Of a stretch of 64,000 nucleotides of DNA, positions 37,671-45,786 are shown piece after piece. Positions within the stretch are counted from its first letter, which is position 1; every line of letters begins with the position of its first letter. The notes beneath the pieces were generated by a model. That model saw only the letters and a program-made list of their open reading frames with translations, had not been told where the DNA came from and searched no databases. Position numbers and translations under genes: made by a program. This DNA is from Candidatus Daviesbacteria bacterium (GTDB taxonomy: Bacteria; Patescibacteriota; Microgenomatia; Daviesbacterales; UBA10151): positions 25,073-89,072 of the forward strand of contig JAKFWZ010000078.1 in NCBI GenBank assembly GCA_021731695.1. The letters run 5' to 3'.

Positions 37671-38602
37671 CTTATAGTATTTAACATAATGCTATAAAAA
37701 AACGCGCGTGGCAGCGTAAATATCTAGTTGGTTAAAGTCCAACCTATACTTAATAGTAGTCAAAAAAATTTGGCAGATCCGATAGAGTAATTTATCGATT
37801 TGGAGGGCCTGAGACAAATAGCAGTCCTCAGATAAAAAAATCTTTTAATAAGTGATCTCAGCCGGGCGGTTTGAGAGAAATTTAACGATTAGGAAAAGAT
37901 TTTTGAGGAATGTTAGGAATAGATATTAACGTGACCCATGGAGATCCTACTGGGAAGAAGGTAATTGCCCAGAGGAAGTCAGCAGATTCATAGTAGGTAT
38001 TATTGACATTTGGGTTAGATTCGGGTTAATCTGAATTTATACCAAATAAATACTGAAGGGATCTACGAAATGTTAACACCAGACTATATTGTTGGTTTAA
38101 CCGATGGAGAAGGCTGTTTTCTGGTTCAGATAAGAACCGATTGTCGAATAGTCTTGAGATATTTTATTACACAACGTTTTGATAATGTCGAACTTTTAAA
38201 CAAAGTTTATGGCTTTTTCAAAATAGGCTATGTATATCGAAAATTTCAGGGAAATGACAAAAAGAAAATGACCTTTGTCTATGAGGTAACGAAACAAAAC
38301 GATATTCAAAATGTGATTATTCCTTTCTTTAGGAAATATCCATTAGAAGGTATCAAAAATGAGTCTTTTAGAAGGTTTGCCCGTATTGCTGAGATTGTAA
38401 AAAATCGACAGGATACACGTAAATTATCTGAAGATGAATTAAAAGAAGTCTGGCATTTGAAGCTCTCTATGAATTCTCTTCATAATGAGCCAAAGGATCG
38501 TCTGAGCGGAGCTCGTAATGATCCCAGAAACATTTCGGCTCGCTTAGTGCCGGAAATCGGCTCGCTAAGTGGGAACGGAAAACAACCTTAAGTTATTCCA
38601 AT
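37671..38602 (+). mobile_element. Group II intron (IIC-like motifs) in 16S at about E. coli position 1402/1403
   Basis: Domain V 38539-38573 (CGC triad, GAAA loop, 2-nt bulge); domain VI with bulged A38595 and AAT end; EBS1-like loop GGGCGGT 37864-70; GAAGTCAGCAGA..ATAGTA domain III motif. Boundary is ambiguous by one C. Confidence 0.85.
38070..38591 (+). CDS. Intron-encoded single-motif LAGLIDADG homing endonuclease
   Basis: DYIVGLTDGEGCF, FITQ, FFKIGYV, IIPFFRKYPLEGIK...F..F. Confidence 0.93.
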   Translation: MLTPDYIVGLTDGEGCFLVQIRTDCRIVLRYFITQRFDNVELLNKVYGFFKIGYVYRKFQGNDKKKMTFVYEVTKQNDIQNVIIPFFRKYPLEGIKNESFRRFARIAEIVKNRQDTRKLSEDELKEVWHLKLSMNSLHNEPKDRLSGARNDPRNISARLVPEIGSLSGNGKQP

Positions 38603-38784
38603 CCGTCAAGGCAGCAAAGTTGGGGGCGCCCGAACTTCTTTTATTAGGAGGAAGGCGAAACCAGCGATGAAGCTTAAGTCGTAACAAGGTATCCCTAGCC
38701 GAAGCTGGGGATGGATCACCTCCTTTCTGGAGACGTTATGTGGCTGAGGATTCCTGTAAAATTTGTTGGTAGAAAGGTCGAAAG

Positions 38785-38806
38785 ACCTGCCTGCCGGCAG
38801 GCAGGT
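38785..38806. repeat. Perfect GC-rich palindrome ACCTGCCTGCCGGCAGGCAGGT
   Basis: Read directly; 20-nt core repeated at 61413-61432. Confidence 0.9.
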
Positions 38807-39116
38807 AGCCTGGCGCACATACATAAACCTTTCACGCGCTTGGAGTTTAACCGCTTCAAGTTCAAGGTTGAGAAGTTCTAAAGTTCTTCTTTAAAAAAAC
38901 TTCCGGGTGAAACCGGAAAACATTCCCACCACTCTTTTGTAAAAAAGGTCAATAATGAAAAGGGTTAAGATCAGCTGTTGATAGTTCTGTTTCGCAGATA
39001 AGCAAACCTTGCGACTTTCAGTCTAAAGCAAACCTTAAAATAGTGCTTAACCCGTTTAAATGTCATTCAGACATTCAAACTCCCCTTTAAAAGGGGATTT
39101 TTAGTATAATCGCTAA

Positions 39117-39662
39117 ATGATGAAACCAAAATCAAAGCCAGTAGTCATCTTATATCCTGAAATTGCCGATAAAATATCACAGATGGTTAAAAGTGATCAG
39201 GAAATGAGAGTAAGAATGCAGGATGATCCAAAAGCTTACAAATCTGATATAGATACGAGGAATACAGATCAATTGAGAAAAATTGTTGAGGAAATTGGCT
39301 GGCCAATTTTTTCTAAAGTTGGTGAAGAAGCGTCAGGGAGTGCATGGCTTCTTATCCAGCATGCCGATCATGATGTTGTCTTTCAGGAAAAGTGTTTGAA
39401 GCTAATGAAAAAAGCTCCTAAAAAACAAATACAAATCCAAAATATTGCGTATCTTGAAGATAGAGTGAGGATTAATCAGGAAAAACCTCAAATTTACGGA
39501 ACACAATTTGAATTAGTCGGGGAGAACGACTGCAAGCCAAAAAACCTTGAGGATCCAAAAAACGTTGACAAAAGAAGGAAATCTATGGGGTTGAATACGA
39601 TTGAGGAATATAAAAAAGAATTTATGGAGTTTTATCAGCTAAAAGCAAAACACCACGGATGA
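39117..39662 (+). CDS. DUF6624-like protein
   Basis: DQEMR, IGWP, AWLLIQHAD, AYLEDRV, PQIYGTQF, VDKRR..MGL. Confidence 0.8.
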   Translation: MMKPKSKPVVILYPEIADKISQMVKSDQEMRVRMQDDPKAYKSDIDTRNTDQLRKIVEEIGWPIFSKVGEEASGSAWLLIQHADHDVVFQEKCLKLMKKAPKKQIQIQNIAYLEDRVRINQEKPQIYGTQFELVGENDCKPKNLEDPKNVDKRRKSMGLNTIEEYKKEFMEFYQLKAKHHG

Positions 39663-39759
39663 ATCCGTGGGTGAAAGCTTTACCGCGGAGCGGTCAGCGA
39701 ACAGCTTTTAGCTGTGAAGCTGTATTGAGAAGCTCGCTGCTTTAGCAGTGCAGCTTCAT
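39643..39759 (+). mobile_element. IS200/IS605-like miniature element supplying the upstream gene's stop codon
   Basis: Left hairpin CCACGGATGAATCCGTGG; right end GAAGCTCGCTGCTTTAGCAGTGCAGCTTCAT. Confidence 0.6.
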
Positions 39760-39795
39760 AGAGTCGGCAAGTAAGGCTTTTGATATACTTAAGTT

Positions 39796-40626
39796 ATGGT
39801 TTTGTGGCTAATTAATATTCTTCTCTGGGTTTCAGCAATCCTTGTCTATAAAAAAAGATTTACGTCTCAAGGCAGGATAAGCGGGATGTATTTTGTTCAG
39901 CTCTATTATTTTATTTTGGCAATTGCTGATTCTTTACTGATGATTATGATTGCTCTGAATATTTTTCAAAGGCCAGAACTTCATAACCTGCAGATCTCCT
40001 CATCTTTTGTCTTTGGACTATTTTCAGCGTCTGTGATTACTGCGGCTATTGGCGTTGGAATTCATTCAACTGCGACTTCGGTTTATCAGGCTCTGATAAA
40101 AGAAAAACAAACTGAACTTAAAAGTTTTCGTATCAATGAAATTTTTCATCTTAATTTAAGTCACAATTTAATCTTTATTAGCGTGATTTTAGCTTCTTTT
40201 TTTCTTGCAGTTTTAGAGATAAATCATCCGTCAACGCGTGATTCAATGTTTTTAAACGCAGGCTCAACAATTACGCTAGGTGTAATGATTGGGTTAATTG
40301 AAACAATCGCAATTTTAAGAAGTTCCGGAACAACATTTTCTTCGCATTTGAATTACTGTATTTTAGGGACGTTTTTGGGAAGTGTAGCGATATTTATTTT
40401 TTGCCGGCCTTTTATGACGAGCGTTGATGCGTATCCTGTGGCTTATATTATGTTTGCTTCATTAGTGACCGTATTTTTGTCTTTGATAATTACAACTGCA
40501 ATTTTTATGACATCACATACTTTGAGTTCAAAGATTGTTAAAAGAACTTTTCCCGAAGGTCATCCCTTTAGGGAAGTGTTAAAGCTAAAGGTTTTTTTGA
40601 TAAAAATTGAGAGAGAATGGCTCTAA
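39796..40626 (+). CDS. Hypothetical polytopic membrane protein
   Basis: About 7 TMs; His residues in GIHS and FHLNLSHN. Confidence 0.7.
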   Translation: MVLWLINILLWVSAILVYKKRFTSQGRISGMYFVQLYYFILAIADSLLMIMIALNIFQRPELHNLQISSSFVFGLFSASVITAAIGVGIHSTATSVYQALIKEKQTELKSFRINEIFHLNLSHNLIFISVILASFFLAVLEINHPSTRDSMFLNAGSTITLGVMIGLIETIAILRSSGTTFSSHLNYCILGTFLGSVAIFIFCRPFMTSVDAYPVAYIMFASLVTVFLSLIITTAIFMTSHTLSSKIVKRTFPEGHPFREVLKLKVFLIKIEREWL

Positions 40627-40630
40627 GGCT

Positions 40631-41866
40631 TTAGCTGTTCGATTGGCATTCTACCTTCAGGTTTTCCGGAAGTCTTGAGCAATAATTTTTGTATTCTTCT
40701 GATCCCTTATTAAAAACTTTGTTAGGATAGTTAATAAGAAATTCATCACATTTTTTGCCGTTTTCTGGTGAAGTTTTAGCTGCTTCCCGGCACATAAAAA
40801 TAGCCTTATCCGTTAGATTAATACTTGTTTGAAGAATTCTACTGGTAGTTTGTAAAAAACATAGCGACTGAAAATTTGTAGGAAGTTTAGTGCAGAAATC
40901 AGCAAGAAAAGGCAAATTATTTTTTTTAAAAGCAAAATGATTTGCAACAGCATTCATAAGAGTTTTGTAGCATTTGGTTTGTTGAGGAAAATCAGACGTG
41001 TATGAACAAAAGTTAGTCAGCCCTTCGGGAGTGCTGATGTCATTCCAAAAATATGGCCAGGATTCTCTATGACATACATAATAGGGTATACCTGTAAAGC
41101 TATCGCAAAACTTATCGATACTTTGTTTGTTCTTCTGAGGAGCAATATTTTCTATAAGTGTAAAATCGTCAGGCTCTAGAGGTTGGAAGAGTTGCATAAA
41201 AACCCCGGAGATACAATTTTCTATATATTCGCGACCTTCAGTTTCCTTACCTATATCTTCGCAAATCTCAACCGATTTTGAGATATTTGCATTTGTTAGA
41301 AACATACTTAAATGACCAAGTCCATGATTGCAGTTATAGACATCAACTTCTTTAGGGTGCCAATCTTCTCTAGGTTCACATATAGTTGCCAGTTCTGATT
41401 TTAAAGAATCTGCTTGACCTTCAGCTATAGTTTCGGTTTTAAATTTCTCGATAAAAGCTCCATGAGAACAGCCGCCGCTACAAAGATTCGAAGGGCATCT
41501 GGCTGCGACATCTTTCCAATTGGCAGGATTCTTTGTGACTTCCGCTGAACCCAAATCGTGAGCTAGAGTATGACAATAGGCAAAAGTGGGATCTTTCTCC
41601 CGGACATTTTCAAGAATTTGGAAGGCCTCTTCCATAGTTAAATTCACTGGATCTTTAGTAAGTTTAAAAATCTTATCACTATAACATTTATCCTTACCTT
41701 TAAATTCCTTACAAGTTTCAAAGATTTTTTCTGCATACTGAGTGAGGGTTGGGGCTGGTGGACTAAGTTTTCTCGAAAGAAATATTGAGAGCATGTAAAT
41801 TAAACCAATAAATATAAAGCAAATTACGAGCTTAAGTAATTGGTTTTTCTTAATGGTTTTTCTCAT
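40631..41866 (-). CDS. Membrane-anchored Cys/His-rich repeat protein
   Basis: N-terminal TM; CHTLAHDLG, CSGGCSHG, CNHGLGH, CISGVFM; regularly spaced Cys pairs. Confidence 0.75.
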   Translation of the reverse strand: MRKTIKKNQLLKLVICFIFIGLIYMLSIFLSRKLSPPAPTLTQYAEKIFETCKEFKGKDKCYSDKIFKLTKDPVNLTMEEAFQILENVREKDPTFAYCHTLAHDLGSAEVTKNPANWKDVAARCPSNLCSGGCSHGAFIEKFKTETIAEGQADSLKSELATICEPREDWHPKEVDVYNCNHGLGHLSMFLTNANISKSVEICEDIGKETEGREYIENCISGVFMQLFQPLEPDDFTLIENIAPQKNKQSIDKFCDSFTGIPYYVCHRESWPYFWNDISTPEGLTNFCSYTSDFPQQTKCYKTLMNAVANHFAFKKNNLPFLADFCTKLPTNFQSLCFLQTTSRILQTSINLTDKAIFMCREAAKTSPENGKKCDEFLINYPNKVFNKGSEEYKNYCSRLPENLKVECQSNS

Positions 41867-41966
41867 ACTGAATTGTAGATTTAATATATAGCGGAATTTA
41901 TAACAGAATAATAGTTAACAAAACTTGAGGAGTGGGAAGATCTCAATTTCTTTCAGAAATTATCTC

Positions 41967-42180
41967 ACCAAATCGAAGATTTGTTGATTCCTAATCTCGT
42001 CTAATTTTTCAAATCAAACCACAGGGGTTTGCTTCAAAAAATGAGGCACGAAGGGGATAGCACACCCTCCGCCAAGGCGGAGCCGAACCAAATCAGAGAT
42101 TTGTTTTGATTCCCAATCTCGCTTTAATTTTTAAGCCCAATCTTTGAGATTGGCCCTAAAAATCTGAGGCACGAAGGGGA
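41967..42180 (-). repeat. Two ~90-bp direct repeats, each containing the tRNA-Cys 3' end
   Basis: TGAGGCACGAAGGGGA at 42042-57 and 42165-80, each preceded by ACCAAATC..AGATTTGTT..GATTCC.AATCTCG and a hairpin. Confidence 0.8.
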
Positions 42181-42238
42181 ATCGAACCCCTGCATCGAGG
42201 TTTTGCAGACCCCAGCGTTTCCACTTCGCCATCGTGCC
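42167..42238 (-). tRNA. tRNA-Cys(GCA)
   Basis: GGCACGA/TCGTGCC acceptor stem, GGGGT-CTGCAAA-ACCTC anticodon arm, TTCGATT T-loop, U discriminator; CCA not encoded. Confidence 0.95.
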
Positions 42239-42292
42239 GGTTACATGAGCGAGCAAGTGAATTTTAGCACAAAAGAGTCTTAAAAAATGAAT

Positions 42293-43324
42293 CTAAGCCG
42301 CTTTTTCATATAACTTGGCGACATTTCTAGCTTCATCTATTGTTACAAACGATAAGGCATTCAATGCCGGGAACACTGAGTCACGGCCAATTCGATCTCT
42401 CTCAAACGCGCCTATCTTTACCAAATTTCTGAGAGACCTTATAGGGTTTTCCAGGAGAGTTTGTGCGGGCATCTCAAAATTGGTACTGACATAAAAGACA
42501 TCTTGTCTTGTGCCCTCAGGATCTATCTTATACTCTTCTTCCAAAAGCCTTCTAAAAACTCCGTGGTGGTAATTTTCATCCCGTCCTATTAAGTCAAAAA
42601 TAGCAGCTACTGTAAGTGCACCTTCTCTTAAAGCAGCCTCTTTAATCCTTTCATAATTATTAGCTGTCACTTTTTCTTGAATATTCGCATAAGCTGCAAT
42701 TTGCCGTCTCGTTTTAAAAGGAGGAACCCATGTGTGAGCTAAATTTTTATAATACTCTGCTTCAATTTGCTCGAGAGTCTTAAAAGAATTTTTATCGGGA
42801 GCTTGCTCTTGAGAGTCTGCGTTTACTCCTAGGGGTCTTTTAACACTTGTTAGAATTAAGCCGAATGCATTACCATGTTGATTTTCTTCTGTATCCCACA
42901 TGCCATATACATCGTTATATCCCCAAACTGTTTGAGAAAATTCTTTAGCCCATCTCATGTAAAAGGGTAGCTTATCTTCAACCATTTTTACATCTACAAT
43001 AACTCCCGCGAGAGGTTCAGAAATAGTTTCGTTTGCTAGATTGTCTGTAATTATGATTCTTGACCGAAGATCAGCTTTTCCTTTTTCACCGGGGATACGT
43101 TCTACTTCTCCATCCTTAAGTGGTCTATCTATAGTAATTACTCCATTGCGATAAACCCAAGGCAGGGGTCGTTTTAGTTTGGTGTTAAAAAGTCTATGTG
43201 TTTCAATACCCAGTGCTCGTTCTTGGTGGGTTATAACTAAAGTTTCAGAAGTGTGATCATATCCAGGTCCCAATTCTTTATATTTAAGCATTGGGTTATC
43301 TGCGTGTCTTTCCAGTTGAGTCAT
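42293..43324 (-). CDS. Acyl-ACP desaturase-like (DesA type, ferritin-like di-iron) protein
   Basis: VEDKLPFY, WDTEENQHG, QEKVT, IGRDENYHH, FEMP. Start corrected to ATG 43324. Confidence 0.82.
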   Translation of the reverse strand: MTQLERHADNPMLKYKELGPGYDHTSETLVITHQERALGIETHRLFNTKLKRPLPWVYRNGVITIDRPLKDGEVERIPGEKGKADLRSRIIITDNLANETISEPLAGVIVDVKMVEDKLPFYMRWAKEFSQTVWGYNDVYGMWDTEENQHGNAFGLILTSVKRPLGVNADSQEQAPDKNSFKTLEQIEAEYYKNLAHTWVPPFKTRRQIAAYANIQEKVTANNYERIKEAALREGALTVAAIFDLIGRDENYHHGVFRRLLEEEYKIDPEGTRQDVFYVSTNFEMPAQTLLENPIRSLRNLVKIGAFERDRIGRDSVFPALNALSFVTIDEARNVAKLYEKAA

Positions 43325-43435
43325 AGTTAAGGGTATTACTAAAGTAGCCTGGCGTTGTAAACATTTAGTAAACCTAAAGTAGAATCCTAGCTTCGGGCAT
43401 GTTAAAATACCTAGGTTTGGAATGAAAATTTTTTT

Positions 43436-43507
43436 GGGCGCGTAGCTCAGCGGTAGAGCGCGTCTCTGATAAAGACGAGGCCCTTGGTTCGACACCAAGC
43501 GCGCCCA
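43436..43507 (+). tRNA. tRNA-Ile(GAT)
   Basis: GGGCGCG/CGCGCCC acceptor stem, CGTCT-CTGATAA-AGACG anticodon arm, GGTTCGAC. Confidence 0.95.
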
Positions 43508-43627
43508 CCCCTAAAATTAATTCCTTGCAATTTCAACCGAAATTGTAAAAACGCAACGCTAGGGGTTCGACACAATCACCGCCCACATTGATACTTTTTG
43601 GTTTCTTCTGTTTAAATTTTCCAAAAA

Positions 43628-44071
43628 TTATGGGCTAGAGGAGGGCGCTGCTGATGCTTCTGGACTTGAAGATGCAGTGGGCGATTCAGCAGGGGATGAG
43701 CTTGGTGAGGATGTTGCAGATGCAGAGGGACTTGGGGTAGGCGTAGGAGTTGAGATTGTTGATGCAGATGGGGAAGGTAAAGCACTTGCCGAAGGAGAAG
43801 GGGTTGCGCTTGGTTTTACAGAAGGCTTTGGTGTGGCTTTAACTGCTGGTTTTATTGAAGCTTTAGCTGAAGCGGACGGACTTGGTGAGGGTTCTGGAGT
43901 GGGTGTAGCGGTCGCAGAAGGTGATGGACTGGATGTTTCCCCTAATACTTCAGGCGAAGGGAAAAAGGTATTTTTAACGAATATTCCACCACCTACGAGC
44001 ATTAGTACTAAAAAAGAAGCTAGCCCTACTGTAAGTTTTGAGGGCTTATTCGCAAAGAGTCTTTGGAACAT
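43628..44071 (-). CDS. Membrane-anchored mucin-like Ser/Pro/Ala/Thr protein
   Basis: TM, EVLGET, then about 100 aa of SPSPSA repeats; TATAAT 6 nt upstream of the ATG. Confidence 0.8.
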   Translation of the reverse strand: MFQRLFANKPSKLTVGLASFLVLMLVGGGIFVKNTFFPSPEVLGETSSPSPSATATPTPEPSPSPSASAKASIKPAVKATPKPSVKPSATPSPSASALPSPSASTISTPTPTPSPSASATSSPSSSPAESPTASSSPEASAAPSSSP

Positions 44072-44190
44072 GTAAACATTATATACATAAATTAAATATT
44101 TGCGCTTTCAGGCTCAGAGCAAACAGTTTTTACATAATTCTTTCTCTATTTATATTTGAACTTTCACACTACTTTCGTAAATTACGTGTT

Positions 44191-44361
44191 ATGGATGATG
44201 AAGTTATTGCTGGTCACCAGGCAGATATAGAGGATGCTCAGAATCAGATTCAGGAACAGCAAACCCGGGTTGAAACTGCTCAGGCTGCGATTGACCAGAG
44301 AATGAGTGATTTGCAAAGTCAAGCTGATCAGGCTCAGTCACAGGCTGCTCAAACTCCTTAG
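44191..44361 (+). CDS. Small acidic Gln/Ala-rich coiled-coil peptide (56 aa)
   Basis: MDDEVIAGHQADIEDAQNQIQEQQ...; TAAATT 7 nt upstream of the ATG. Confidence 0.55.
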   Translation: MDDEVIAGHQADIEDAQNQIQEQQTRVETAQAAIDQRMSDLQSQADQAQSQAAQTP

Positions 44362-44552
44362 GTAGTGTAAAACCTCTTTGTGCGGGTCTTTACGCTTCTT
44401 CAGACAGACTATTAAATTAAGCAGAAAAAGTCCGGATCCGCTAGGATCAAGAATTTTTTAATGACTAAAATCCCTAATTTGGGAAAAATTATAGCAAAAA
44501 AGCAAAAAAAGTTGACTAATTTAGGCCTGGTGAGTTAAACTACTTTTTTGAA

Positions 44553-45488
44553 TTGGCTTCTAAGTTAAAACACATCCTAAAGTCTCAACAATTCAGCCGG
44601 GAATGGCTGGAGAATGAATTTTTCCCTTTATCTTCGGAAATGAAACAATCAGTTTTGAATGGAGAAAGACGCCATGATCTGGACGGAAAAATTGTTTCCC
44701 TTTTATTTTATGAGCCCTCAACCAGAACCAGAACTTCATTTCAACAGGCTGCTTTAAAACTCGGCGCGCTAACTGTTGCCACAGAAAACGCCAAAGAATT
44801 CTCTTCGGCTGTAAAAGGCGAGACTATGAAAGATACAACGCGGATTATGAATGCATATCACTTTGACGCGGTCGTGATCCGCGCAGATTACGAGGGAGCC
44901 GCGGAAGAAGCAGCTTCTGTTTCGGATTCTCCGATTATTAATGCCGGAGACGGTGCAGGGCAGCATCCAACTCAATCTCTTCTCGATATATTCACAATTT
45001 ATGAAAAGTTCGGAAAAATCGATGGGCTTAAAGTTGCCTTTGTCGGAGATCTGAAGTATGGAAGAACTGTGCGGTCTTTATGTTATTTGCTGGGAAAATT
45101 TAAGGATGTTGAGGTTCATTTTGTCGCACCGGATTCGCTTCAGATGAGAGAGGATATTTTGGAATATCTAAAAGAAAGCGGAATTAAATACGAGTTGCAT
45201 TCTGATATCAATGAAGTTGCAGAGATTGCAGATGTTTTTTATATGACCAGAGCTCAAAAAGAGAGGATGAAAGAAGGAGAGGAATTTTCGCCTGACGGTT
45301 ATAGAATTACGGAAGCTTTGCTGAAAAAAATCAGAAAAGAAGCGATTATCTTGCATCCTTTGCCTCGTTCAAATGACTTTAATGAAATTCCGGAGGAGTT
45401 AACCGATGATCCGAGAATTTTAATTTTCAGACAGGCAGAAAACGGATTATTCACCCGCATGGCGCTTTTGAAAATGGTTATTGAGTAG
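44553..45488 (+). CDS. pyrB: Aspartate carbamoyltransferase catalytic subunit
   Basis: FYEPSTRT, KGET, NAGDG..QHPTQ, GDLKYGRTVRS, TRAQKER, LHPLP. TTG start. Confidence 0.96.
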   Translation: MASKLKHILKSQQFSREWLENEFFPLSSEMKQSVLNGERRHDLDGKIVSLLFYEPSTRTRTSFQQAALKLGALTVATENAKEFSSAVKGETMKDTTRIMNAYHFDAVVIRADYEGAAEEAASVSDSPIINAGDGAGQHPTQSLLDIFTIYEKFGKIDGLKVAFVGDLKYGRTVRSLCYLLGKFKDVEVHFVAPDSLQMREDILEYLKESGIKYELHSDINEVAEIADVFYMTRAQKERMKEGEEFSPDGYRITEALLKKIRKEAIILHPLPRSNDFNEIPEELTDDPRILIFRQAENGLFTRMALLKMVIE

Positions 45489-45507
45489 TTTTTTCTTCTA
45501 CCACTGA

Positions 45508-45750
45508 ATCGCAAATTTTCTCTTTGCAACTTTGGCAGCAAAGTTGCGCAAACTGGGCTCGCTGGAAAGTCGACCTAATTTTACTCAGTCGCTGATCGGG
45601 GAGGCTGCCCCTTCGGCTTTTTTGCTAATCGCAAAAAACCGAAATCCCCTGATAGCTCCTTCATAAAATCTAATACACCCTTTGCTTCGCAAAGCAACGG
45701 TCTTTGTTTCTAAGCTCGCTCTCTAAAAAGCAGCTGCGTTCATGCTCGCA
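45508..45750. other. Hairpin-rich intergenic element
   Basis: GCAACTTTG/CAAAGTTGC; ATCGGGGA/TCCCCTGAT enclosing TTCGGCTTTTTTGC/GCAAAAAACCGAA. Confidence 0.5.
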
Positions 45751-45786
45751 AATAAGACGATTGCTTTATGTGTTAGAATTTAATTC

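Noticed and set aside
37671-38602. Group I intron, the default guess for a LAGLIDADG in rRNA
   Set aside because: No U before the 5' site and no terminal G; domain V, domain VI and an EBS1-like loop indicate group II.
43325-43498. Longer start for the desaturase ORF
   Set aside because: Overlaps tRNA-Ile on the opposite strand.
43677-44075. 132-aa Gly/Ala/Glu-rich plus-strand ORF, and similar ones at 57199-58014
   Set aside because: Antisense mirrors of Ser/Pro- and Cys-rich genes that have TM segments and start signals.
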